A DNA stretch of 64,000 nt from Candidatus Liptonbacteria bacterium (GCA_016204355.1 JACQKT010000018.1:4987-68986); one strand, 5' to 3'. Shown: positions 39,459-48,298, counted from the stretch's first letter. Translations and numbers: made by a program. Notes: generated from the letters alone by a model not told the origin.

Positions 39459-39731
39459 TTATCCTCCCAACTTTTTGGACTTCAAGTAGCGTTTTAGGAC
39501 TCGATTAAGGTAATTTTTGCCCCAGCCGGTTTTAAGAAATTTTTCCCTGGCAAATGCGTCTTGTTGATTAAGAAAAATTTCTGAGTAAATTAGCTTGAGT
39601 GGTATCCTATTTTTTGTTGAGTAAACGCCGCCTGAATTATGCAATCTCAACCTCTTGGTTAAATTATTTGTGCACCCAACATAGTTATGCCCACCAGCCC
39701 CGCTTTTCAAAACGTAAACGAAGTGCGGCAC
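39459..39731 (-). CDS. GIY-YIG nuclease (stand-alone, UPF0213-like)
   Basis: FVYVL...YVGCT..L..RL..HN.G...TK..P.KLIY.E...A..RE.FLK. Confidence 0.9.
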   Translation of the reverse strand: MPHFVYVLKSGAGGHNYVGCTNNLTKRLRLHNSGGVYSTKNRIPLKLIYSEIFLNQQDAFAREKFLKTGWGKNYLNRVLKRYLKSKKLGG

Positions 39732-39752
39732 GGGTCCAAAAAGTTGGGAGGA
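39462..39752. mobile_element. TIR-bounded element carrying only a GIY-YIG nuclease
   Basis: Perfect inverted repeat ATCCTCCCAACTTTTTGGAC (39461-39480 / 39734-39753); TTA at 39459-39461 and 39753-39755. Confidence 0.8.
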
Positions 39753-39814
39753 TTAATTTTAATTTTTTCGTTTATCGACCTAGTTTATAGGACGTCGACC
39801 TTTTCTTAATTTAT

Positions 39815-40072
39815 TTTTTTCTGGACCCCATCATTGCTTTTATATCGACCGTCGTCTTCTAGTGAGGTTAGAGACGGAGATTTTAAAAGCCGATGGTTTG
39901 GTATCTAAAAAAATGAAAAACTCGCTTTTGGAGCGAGGCATCATCTGCGCAATGACTTAAAACTTAGGCAATGATTTCAAGGAATCATTGTCATTAGCCA
40001 CAGCACCCCTGCCGATGCAGGGTTGATTCAGCCTCACTCTGAATCAGTGCGTCCCTTTTACGGGAGCGCTGT
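39815..40072 (-). ncRNA. structured leader RNA upstream of the S-layer-like gene
   Basis: Consecutive stems including a four-way junction at 40000-40072; TATAGT -10-like box at 40088-40093. Confidence 0.5.
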
Positions 40073-40227
40073 TTTTATCGTTTTTATACTATACTACAAA
40101 GCCGAAAAGGCGAGTTGTGGATAACTCCGATGCTCGATAAACGAAACCGGAGTCCAACTCCCATCGGACTTGCCTTCCTGTTTTCAGCATATATTACAAC
40201 GGTAACAGCCAAAAAAGGGTTACTTGG

Positions 40228-40965
40228 CTAAAAGCTGTTTATGGGCGCTGACGGGGCAGGCAACTCTATTATTCCGCTTTCTTTGGCGGTGAGACGGTAA
40301 ATGCTGTTTTTGCGACTTCCTACTCTTTCAACGGTTCCCTTCAAAATGAGTGACTCGAGATCATAGCGGAGAGTTCTGTCGCTGACTTCGGTAAATACCG
40401 ACTGCAGCTCGTTCAAGCGGCAGTTTTCCATTTCTCTAAGCTTTTCCACTATAGCCAGTTGTCTTGATTCGGATTTATCGGAAATTTTATCGGAAAAAGA
40501 CTTATCGGAAATTTCCGATACAGTTTTTTGGTCAATTTCCGATAAATCTGCCGTTTTCGGAGATGTATTGGCAATCTGCTTCTTATTCGGCAATCCCGAT
40601 TTTGAAAAAACTTTTCCGAGATTCAAATCCGGTAAAATACCCTTTTTCGGCACTGCGCGTATAGCAAGCGTTACATTTTCCGATTCTCTCATCAGAACTT
40701 CCCTGTTTATCGGATTCAGGATACCGCCGTCAACCATGAGCCCGACGAGGCTTATTATCGAACTCGATATAATTCCCGTTCTTTCGTAATCGGAAGTCAA
40801 AACGGAATCGAGCAGAAAAAATGCCTTGCTTTCAAGCAGTCCGGCGATTTCTTTACTTTTTGCCGATGAAGCTATGCTCAATGTGGCATAGGCAAATTCG
40901 TAAGTTTTTTTGTAAAGAAAGTCTTCCTGTATGCTCTTTGTCATCCGAAACATTATTAACGGCAA
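40228..40965 (-). CDS. protein with N-terminal helical bundle and C-terminal DeoR-like winged HTH
   Basis: RQLAIVE.L...VSDRTLRYDLESL..KG.VER.G; start may be 40944. Confidence 0.75.
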   Translation of the reverse strand: MPLIMFRMTKSIQEDFLYKKTYEFAYATLSIASSAKSKEIAGLLESKAFFLLDSVLTSDYERTGIISSSIISLVGLMVDGGILNPINREVLMRESENVTLAIRAVPKKGILPDLNLGKVFSKSGLPNKKQIANTSPKTADLSEIDQKTVSEISDKSFSDKISDKSESRQLAIVEKLREMENCRLNELQSVFTEVSDRTLRYDLESLILKGTVERVGSRKNSIYRLTAKESGIIELPAPSAPINSF

Positions 40966-41084
40966 CGATGCCCGGTGTCAACTCCGCCCTGTCCCCCGTT
41001 ATTTATGTTTGTTATTGGAAACAAAAAACCGTCCTTGGTCGTTTATCGGAAAACCGACCTCTTTTTAAATAATTTGTAACGGAA

Positions 41085-41915
41085 CTAATGACCAAACTTT
41101 TTCAGTATTTTTTCGGCATTTCTGAATTTTTCCAGGGTTCCGCAGTCAAAACGTTTGCCTTTAAGCTCCCACCCATAAATTTTTTTCCCTGTAATAAGCT
41201 CTATCTGAAGGGCGACATTTATAGGAATCGAATCGGGAGCGGCGTTTGGCAACGATTCCGCTACTTTTATGAGATTACGGAGAACGGTCGGCATCAAAAC
41301 GTATCCCCCGACTATTATAAGGTTCGAAGGGGCGGATTTTACCGAAGGTTTTTCCACTACGCCGGCGACCTCATAAACTTTGCCTTCTACTCCCTTTATT
41401 TTTAATGAACCTCTGAGCTTTACAACCCCGAAACGGCTGACTTGATTTCTTGGAATTCGTTCAAGGAGAATTGCCGACGAATTGCGCTTCTCGAATATTT
41501 TCATAAGGGAAGAAAGAGGAGATGTTTCCGAAACTATAACATCATCGCAAAAACGAACGGCGAACGGCTCGTTTTTCAAAATGTCGGAAGCCGAAATGAG
41601 GGCATGGCCGTTTCCTGCAGGAATTTCCTGAAAACGTATGCGGAAACGGAGAGAGGGAAATTTTTTCCTGGCTTCCTTCATGTATTTCTCGAAATAATGT
41701 TCTATTTTTGGATTTATTATCAAAATGACTTCTTTTATCCCCGATTCGATGGCTTCTTCCAGGACATATTCAATCAACGGCTTCCCATTGACCCTGAGAA
41801 GATTTTTGGGGGTTTTTCTGGTAAGAGGCATCAACCTTTTGCCAAGGCCTGCTAGGGGCAACACGAGCTTCGTTATTTTTTTCATTTGCTTCTTATTTTC
41901 CGACATTTTACGCAC
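41085..41915 (-). CDS. galU: UTP--glucose-1-phosphate uridylyltransferase family
   Basis: LPLAGLGKRLMPLT..PK, KPLIEY.LEEA, GNGHA, VVEKP and RFDCG. Confidence 0.8.
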   Translation of the reverse strand: MRKMSENKKQMKKITKLVLPLAGLGKRLMPLTRKTPKNLLRVNGKPLIEYVLEEAIESGIKEVILIINPKIEHYFEKYMKEARKKFPSLRFRIRFQEIPAGNGHALISASDILKNEPFAVRFCDDVIVSETSPLSSLMKIFEKRNSSAILLERIPRNQVSRFGVVKLRGSLKIKGVEGKVYEVAGVVEKPSVKSAPSNLIIVGGYVLMPTVLRNLIKVAESLPNAAPDSIPINVALQIELITGKKIYGWELKGKRFDCGTLEKFRNAEKILKKFGH

Positions 41916-41969
41916 AATTACATTAAAACTTGGTTAATTATAGCTTCGCCGCCAGCCTGCTTCCAGCAA

Positions 41970-42674
41970 TCACAATCCCCAATTCGCGGACGCGAGCATC
42001 ACCGCGGTCACCGTGAAAAATATCGAAAAATCTCCTAGCATCTTTCTCTTATTCAAAGTCCCGTTGAGATGCTCCAGAAAAATGTCGGTCAAAATTACCG
42101 AAGACAAGAACAAAAGAGCTGTCTGATAGAAATAATTAAGCGGAAGGAAAAGCGCAATTATGAAGGCCTGCCATATGAGAAAAGCCCCCAAACCCGCCAT
42201 TAAATTTATTTTACGCCTGTCGCGCTCGACGCAATAATCGCAGAGTTCCCTAAACAGAAAGAAAAACGACAACGCTACGGCGGGCGAAACGATGGAAATA
42301 AACCATTTCTGCCAATTTTCGAAATGAGAGAAAGCTCCGAAAAAAATCACGAAAAGAAGGAGAAAAACCATCATCTGGTGGTTTTCATAACGGTTTACGA
42401 AAATAAGATTTTTTATGCCGAGAATCAAAAAGAAAAGTATGCCGAGAAAAACCGCAAACCAAAAACCCTGCGGAATGTAAAGCGATGCCGCCAGCGTGAG
42501 AACAAACGGGACCAAAAGTTTAAACGGCTGGAAAAACGGCGTGAAATAAAAATACAGGCCTACTAAAAAAACCGCCCAGAATGGCAGTAAAAGCCAGCTT
42601 GCGCCGAATGCGCAGGCTTTAAGTATTAAAGACCAGGGAGTCCGATTTAAAGTTGACTTTAACTTTTCCTCCAT
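41970..42674 (-). CDS. polytopic membrane protein
   Basis: About 7-8 hydrophobic segments; start uncertain because of a 56-bp overlap with clpB. Confidence 0.7.
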   Translation of the reverse strand: MEEKLKSTLNRTPWSLILKACAFGASWLLLPFWAVFLVGLYFYFTPFFQPFKLLVPFVLTLAASLYIPQGFWFAVFLGILFFLILGIKNLIFVNRYENHQMMVFLLLFVIFFGAFSHFENWQKWFISIVSPAVALSFFFLFRELCDYCVERDRRKINLMAGLGAFLIWQAFIIALFLPLNYFYQTALLFLSSVILTDIFLEHLNGTLNKRKMLGDFSIFFTVTAVMLASANWGL

Positions 42675-45273
42675 CTTTAAGTTCGCCGCGGATTATTTTG
42701 TCCGCAAGCGTGTCCAAAATCAGTTTCTGAATCAGTCTTTTCAGCGGTCTGGCGCCGAATTCCGGGTCGAATCCCTGTGCCGCAAGGTACTTCTTTGCGG
42801 CAGGATCAATCGTTATTTTTATCTTCTTTTCTTCAAGCCTCTTTCCTATCTGGGCAAGTTGTATGTCGACTATCTTTTCTATGTTCTCAGGGCGGAGCGG
42901 GTTGAAAATTATTATTTCGTCGATCCGGTTCAAAAATTCCGGGCGGAAACTATCGCGAAGCGCATTTTTTATTTTCCCGCGATAATTCTGTTCGTCTTCT
43001 TCCTTGCTGCTTTCATCGGAAGAACTGAATCCGAGCCCAGAAATAGCCCGTATGTACTGGCTGCCGACATTGGATGTCATTATTATTATCGAATTTTTGA
43101 AGTTGACGAACTTGCCCTTGCTGTCGGTGAGCCGCCCATTGTCGAGTATCTGGAGCAAAAGATTGAAAACCTCCGGATGGGCTTTTTCTATCTCGTCGAA
43201 AAGTATCAGGCTGTAGGGTCGATGCCTGATAATTTCCGTCAGCTGCCCGCCCTCTTCGTGTCCGACGTACCCAGGCGGCGAACCTATAAGCCGGCTTATA
43301 GAATGCCGCTCCATGTATTCGGACATATCTATTCTCACCAGGGCTTTTTCGTCGTTGAACATGAACTCCGCGAGAGCGCGCGCGAGTTCCGTTTTACCGA
43401 CTCCGGTCGGTCCCAAAAACATGAACGAGCCGAGAGGGCGGTTTATGTCGGAAAGGCCGGCACGGGCCCGTCTCAAGGCGCTTGCAACCGACTGTATCGC
43501 CTCGTCCTGCCCTACAACTCTATCGTGAAGTTCTTCCTCTATTTTGACCAGTTTTTCGCTTTCGGTTTCGAGCATTCTGTAAAGAGGTATGCCTGTCCAG
43601 GAGGAAACGACTGCGGCGACATCTTCCTTGTCGACCGCTTCCTTCAAAAATTGCCTGTCGCTTTCGGTGTTTTTCGAGCCCCGCCTTGTTTTCATGCCGA
43701 CAAAATTTTTCTTTTCGAAAGCCTCGAAATCCTTTTGCGCCTGAGGCAATTCTCCGTAAGTTATCTGGGCGAGGCGCTCGAGATTTCCTTCCCTTTCGGC
43801 GATTTCGGCTTCACGTTTCAGATTTTCAACTTTTTGGCGCAGCTGGTGAAGGGTTTCGAATTTTATTTTTTCCGCGTGCCATTTCGAAGAAAGTTCATCA
43901 TTCTCTTCTTTGTATTTTTTGAGTTCCGAATTTATTTTCTTAAGCCGCTCGGAATTTTTTGCGCTTCCCTCTTTCGAAAGCGCCTGTTTTTCGACTTCGA
44001 GTTTCGTTATTTCCCTGCGAACACGGTCTATCTCGGTCGGCAGGCTCTCGGTCTCGAGACGCCTTGCGGAAGCGGCTTCGTCGATCAGGTCCACCGCTTT
44101 GTCAGGAAGAAATCTGTCGGTTATGTATCTTGCAGAAAGCTGGACTGCGGCCGTAATCGCCTCGTCGCTTATCCGGAGTCCGTGATGTATCTCATATTTT
44201 TCCTTGAGCCCGCGTAGTATCGAAACGCTGTCTTCCAGGCTCGGTTCTTCGACGATTATCGGCTGAAGCCTTCTCTCGAGCGCCGGGTCTTTTTCTATAT
44301 AGCGTTGGTATTCGCGGATTGTCGTGGCGCCGATGCAATGCAATTCTCCTCTTGCCAGCGCCGGTTTCAGAAGATTTGAAGCATCCACGGCTCCTTCGGC
44401 GGCTCCGGCTCCGACTATAGTGTGGATTTCGTCTATAAAAAGTATAAGCTGGCCGCTGGCGTTTTTTATTTCCTTTATAAAGGCCTTGAGCCTGTCTTCG
44501 AACTCGCCCCGGAATTTCGTTCCGGCTATGAGCGCTCCGAGATCAAGCATTGTTATCTGTTTGTCTTTAAGCGGCTCGGGAACTTCGCCTGCCACAATTT
44601 TTTGTGCCAATCCTTCGACAATCGCCGTTTTCCCTACACCCGGCTCGCCTATAAGAACCGGATTGTTTTTGGTACGCCTGCTCAAAACCTGTATAACGCG
44701 CCTTAATTCCGATTCCCGCCCTATAACGGGGTCCAGCTGCCCGGATTTGGCCTTTTCCGTCAGATTTATCGCGTATTTTTCGAGAACCTGGAACTTGCTT
44801 TCCGGCGTTTCGTCTGTAACTCTGACCGAGCCGCGAAGCTGGGCGAGAACGCGTATCATCGATTCGCGTTTTATTCCGAAGCGGCCGAGAATTTGCTGCG
44901 CCAAAGAATCGACGTCGAGAATTGCCAACAAAAGATGTTCGCACGAAATAAATTCGTCTTTTTGCTGGGATGCGATTTTTGCCGCCTGGTCGAGCACTCG
45001 CATCAATTCCTGAGAAAGATAAAGTTGTCCGACATTGGAACCGCTTACCATTTTCGGCAGGCGGTTCATTTCGGCTTCGAGCTCCCGATGAAGCTTTTCG
45101 AGATTTACTCCCGAACGCAGCAGCATCGGCTGAACGAGCGACTGTTGGTCCTCCAGCAAACTTTCCAGAAGATGCATCGCTTTCAGTTCGCCGTGGCTTT
45201 TTTGCGCCGCAAGCTCCTGCGCATTCTGAAGCGCTTCCTGGGCCTTAATTGTAAAACGGTGAAAATTCGGCAT
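42619..45273 (-). CDS. clpB: ATP-dependent chaperone ClpB
   Basis: Clp N domain, GEPGVGKT, long middle coiled coil, GPTGVGKT and RLIGSPPGYVG. Confidence 0.95.
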   Translation of the reverse strand: MPNFHRFTIKAQEALQNAQELAAQKSHGELKAMHLLESLLEDQQSLVQPMLLRSGVNLEKLHRELEAEMNRLPKMVSGSNVGQLYLSQELMRVLDQAAKIASQQKDEFISCEHLLLAILDVDSLAQQILGRFGIKRESMIRVLAQLRGSVRVTDETPESKFQVLEKYAINLTEKAKSGQLDPVIGRESELRRVIQVLSRRTKNNPVLIGEPGVGKTAIVEGLAQKIVAGEVPEPLKDKQITMLDLGALIAGTKFRGEFEDRLKAFIKEIKNASGQLILFIDEIHTIVGAGAAEGAVDASNLLKPALARGELHCIGATTIREYQRYIEKDPALERRLQPIIVEEPSLEDSVSILRGLKEKYEIHHGLRISDEAITAAVQLSARYITDRFLPDKAVDLIDEAASARRLETESLPTEIDRVRREITKLEVEKQALSKEGSAKNSERLKKINSELKKYKEENDELSSKWHAEKIKFETLHQLRQKVENLKREAEIAEREGNLERLAQITYGELPQAQKDFEAFEKKNFVGMKTRRGSKNTESDRQFLKEAVDKEDVAAVVSSWTGIPLYRMLETESEKLVKIEEELHDRVVGQDEAIQSVASALRRARAGLSDINRPLGSFMFLGPTGVGKTELARALAEFMFNDEKALVRIDMSEYMERHSISRLIGSPPGYVGHEEGGQLTEIIRHRPYSLILFDEIEKAHPEVFNLLLQILDNGRLTDSKGKFVNFKNSIIIMTSNVGSQYIRAISGLGFSSSDESSKEEDEQNYRGKIKNALRDSFRPEFLNRIDEIIIFNPLRPENIEKIVDIQLAQIGKRLEEKKIKITIDPAAKKYLAAQGFDPEFGARPLKRLIQKLILDTLADKIIRGELKDGGKVKVNFKSDSLVFNT

Positions 45274-45384
45274 AAGTTTACGAAGTACGAATAATTACGA
45301 AAATACGAATTTTGCGGCGCTAATAACTTTGTTGAAGTTATTCGTATTTTCGTACTTGATTAGCAATTTCGTAAATGTACGGTA

Positions 45385-45710
45385 TCACGAATTCGGGCGT
45401 TTTTCAAGGGTCGCATTCACGGTCATTTCATTTTCGTCGCGCAATATTTTAATTGTAATCGTTTCTCCCACTCTCAGGTCCGAGATAGCGCTCCCGAGCG
45501 GATTGTAGGGTTGAGCGTTGCTTTGGCTTTGCGCTTCCTGCGAAGAAGTGGCGCTTTTTCCGGTAAAAGGAGAAATGAAATCATTCCAGAGGTCGTTAAA
45601 AAAGTTTGCGTTGGCAAGCGGCGCCGAGAGAACGGGCGCCATGATCATTCCCGCAAAAATTCCCGCCGCAAGAACTAAAATCGTTTTTTGTCGAAATCAT
45701 TATTTTCCAT
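45385..45710 (-). pseudogene. probable HtrA/DegP-like remnant (signal region fused to a PDZ C-terminal fragment)
   Basis: ATG at 45710 shifts frame in an A6 run before the signal peptide; ends VGETITIKILRDENEMTVNATLEKRP; no protease domain. Confidence 0.55.
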
Positions 45711-47055
45711 GCGAGGGTATGAGTAATTTTTTAGTTATTTTTAAAGCGCTGTCAATATCCTTTTTGGAAGTCGGCCTGCCAAAAGTGAAACGAATGCTCC
45801 GGCGGGCGCGTTTCTCGGAAAAACCCATCTCTTTTATCACATAAGAGGGTCCCGAAGACCGCGCGGAGCACGCAGATCCTGCCGAAGCCGCGAGACCTGC
45901 CAAATCGAAACTCGTCAACAAATCCTGCGCTTCATAATCCGGAAAATGAACATTCAAAAAATTCGGGAGGGTTTTCCTCGCGCTGCCGTTGCGCTCCGCT
46001 CTCGGATATATTTTTTTCAATTCCTTCCAAAAATAATCTCGCAGTGCCGATGTTCTTTTGCTTTCCGAAACGCGCAGACGGGGAACAATCTCCGCGGCTT
46101 TTGCGAATCCGACGATCAAAGGAATGTTTTCGGTGCCGGACCGGATCCCGAATTCCTGGCCGCCCCCCATTATAATTGGGTTTAAGATGTAGGAATTATG
46201 ATTCATGAGCCCCCTGTTTCTTAATAAATCTTTTTTCTTAAATCCTAATTCGCGCGCATAAAGGGCTCCGGCGCCTTTCGGACCGTAAATTTTGTGAGCG
46301 GATAAAGTCATAAGATCGACTCCCAGCCTGCCTACATCGCAATCGAAAAATTGGAACGCTTGAACGGCATCTGTATGAAAGAGGGGGTAGAAGCTGGAAT
46401 TTGTTTCGGCTTTCCGCTTTTTGAAATCATTAATTATTTTTTTTATTTCGAAAAGCGGCTGTATCGTGCCGATTTCGTTGTTGGCGTACATGACCGACAC
46501 CAAAACTGTCCGCTCATTCAGCGATTCTTCGAGTTTTTTCAAATCGACCAGTCCCTCCTCCGATACCGGAATGAAAGTTACTTCAACTCCGTCTTTTTCC
46601 AGCTCGTGCGCAGTTTCAAGAACCGATTCATGCTCGATAGACGAAACGATGACGCGAAGCGGAAATCGCTTTTTGAAGAAGCTCTCGGAGGTGCGCCGGG
46701 TTTGGTCTCCAAAGGAGCCGGCGCGCCGAGAGCGCAGGTGGGTGCTAGTCGTCGGAGTGAGCAAACCGCCGGTTCCCAAAAAAGCGATTTCCGCCGCTTT
46801 CACCGCTCCCCGCAACGCAAGGTTGTTAGCTTCCGTAGCCGAGCCGGTAAAAACGACTTCACGGAATCCCGCGCCTATCGTTTTTGAAATAGCTTCGCGC
46901 GATTCGTCGAGTGCCCTTATCGCTTCCTGACCGAAATAATGCAGCGAGCCGGCGTTGCCGTATTTTTCGGCAAAGTACGGACGCATCGCTTTTTCCGCTT
47001 CCGGCGCAACCGGAGTAGAAGCGGCGTAATCAAAATAGAGTCTGGCTCTTGGCAT
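45700..47055 (-). CDS. iscS: cysteine desulfurase (IscS/NifS group)
   Basis: YFDYAASTP, FTGSATEANN, SIEH, HTDAVQ, SAHKIYGPKG, RSGTEN and SAGSACS. Confidence 0.92.
   Translation of the reverse strand: MPRARLYFDYAASTPVAPEAEKAMRPYFAEKYGNAGSLHYFGQEAIRALDESREAISKTIGAGFREVVFTGSATEANNLALRGAVKAAEIAFLGTGGLLTPTTSTHLRSRRAGSFGDQTRRTSESFFKKRFPLRVIVSSIEHESVLETAHELEKDGVEVTFIPVSEEGLVDLKKLEESLNERTVLVSVMYANNEIGTIQPLFEIKKIINDFKKRKAETNSSFYPLFHTDAVQAFQFFDCDVGRLGVDLMTLSAHKIYGPKGAGALYARELGFKKKDLLRNRGLMNHNSYILNPIIMGGGQEFGIRSGTENIPLIVGFAKAAEIVPRLRVSESKRTSALRDYFWKELKKIYPRAERNGSARKTLPNFLNVHFPDYEAQDLLTSFDLAGLAASAGSACSARSSGPSYVIKEMGFSEKRARRSIRFTFGRPTSKKDIDSALKITKKLLIPSHGK
46659..46794. mobile_element. TIR-bounded structured insertion read in frame within iscS
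   Basis: 16-bp perfect inverted repeat GCGGAAATCGCTTTTT with internal GC-rich hairpins. Confidence 0.7.
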
Positions 47056-47605
47056 CGCTAAAAGTCAAAATTACCGATTCTCCGTTCATGGAGTCGGGAA
47101 TGATGAGCTCGTTTTTAATTCTATACAAATCGTATAAATCTTTCGTGAGTTTTACGTCCTGAAGACAATACTTCTTAAGTTCTTCTATCTCGCCGTTTTT
47201 ATAAAGAGTTATCGCTTCGTATCCTTTCCTTTCTTTGCCGATGCCGAGATTCGCGCGCGAAAGTTTGTCGAGGCTTATTTTTTTGCCGAATTTTATCTCT
47301 ATTTCCTCAAGAAGATCTATTCTTTCCTTTTTCCGAAGTTCCGGCTTTATTCCAGGCAATCTGCCGAAATGCGAGTCCAGGACCGGTATGTCATATGTAT
47401 TGATGCTGAAGCCGACGAGGCGCAATGCCGAATCGAAAAGTTTTGCCGCTTCCTCCAGTTCGTTTTCACCGAAAGAAAAATATTTGTTTTTCGAATAGGA
47501 ATAAGCACAGACCATCGAAATCTCGAGCGCATTGAAATTGTTCCAGCCAACCCCGGGGTCGGTGAAAAAATTTTTTGTTTCTATATCGAAAACAAGGGTG
47601 TCCAT
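47030..47605 (-). CDS. RNase H-like / DEDD exonuclease domain protein (YprB-like)
   Basis: VFDIET, LVGF....YDIPVL, IDLL and YCLQDV motifs. Confidence 0.8.
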   Translation of the reverse strand: MDTLVFDIETKNFFTDPGVGWNNFNALEISMVCAYSYSKNKYFSFGENELEEAAKLFDSALRLVGFSINTYDIPVLDSHFGRLPGIKPELRKKERIDLLEEIEIKFGKKISLDKLSRANLGIGKERKGYEAITLYKNGEIEELKKYCLQDVKLTKDLYDLYRIKNELIIPDSMNGESVILTFSDAKSQTLF

Positions 47606-47681
47606 GGAAATTTTACGAAATTACTAATTTTTACGAATATACGAATTCGTATTTTCGTACTCATTCGTAACTTCGTAAATG

Positions 47682-48179
47682 CTAAACGTGCCTGTCGGCT
47701 ACGTTGGAAGCGGCATAACTGACCGGTTTTGTTACCGGTTCGAAATCGTGAGCGCGTATCATGCCGACGACTTCCTGTATCATCGCTTTCGTCGGTCCGT
47801 TTTCGCCGACATCAGCGTGTATCTCGAAATCCCATTCGGGCATTTCACGCCCTTCGGCGTCGGAAAGCCTTTTCAATTCGGTAAGAATTTCCTTTCCGAG
47901 GTCTATTGATATCAGAACTTCGCGTATTATCCTGTCGCGGAGCGTATGGAATTTTCCGAGCTGAGCGCGGCGCCAAAAATATCTTCCTCCGTTTCCTACC
48001 CGATGAACCACCGCGGCAGTGACGAAATCGGCCCTGCCGTCGGCAAGCCTTTCGGAATCCGTTCCTATCATTATTTTGTATTTGCGTTTCGGCTGTTCCT
48101 TCATAAAGCGGATTATCTCCTCCGCGACCCTATGAACGGTTAGCTTGATTCCGAAAGAACTGTTGAAAAATTCGGGCAT
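47682..48179 (-). CDS. RNase H-like YkuK (DUF458) family protein
   Basis: IGTDS, FVTA.VVHRVG.GG, EIHADVG.NG and KP.SYAAS.VADRH. Confidence 0.85.
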   Translation of the reverse strand: MPEFFNSSFGIKLTVHRVAEEIIRFMKEQPKRKYKIMIGTDSERLADGRADFVTAAVVHRVGNGGRYFWRRAQLGKFHTLRDRIIREVLISIDLGKEILTELKRLSDAEGREMPEWDFEIHADVGENGPTKAMIQEVVGMIRAHDFEPVTKPVSYAASNVADRHV

Positions 48180-48298
48180 TGTTTCATTACTCTACGCTTA
48201 ACAAAGGTTCTGTGTCAACAGAATACCGGCTGTTCGCCCTCTTGAATTGTTTAGCGCCCGTCGGGGTTACCCGCGGGCGCTTTTTTCTGGTTCGATTT

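Noticed and set aside
40000-40072. tRNA gene (cloverleaf shape)
   Set aside because: No TTCGA T-loop, D-loop GG or canonical arm lengths; kept only as a structured leader.
42859-45013. Long + strand ORFs (452 aa, 229 aa) and similar ones opposite gyrA, ligA and the S-layer gene
   Set aside because: Antisense shadows of well-supported genes with no recognisable motifs.
46659-46794. Intein or group I/II intron in iscS
   Set aside because: Too short and lacks intein termini or intron core motifs.
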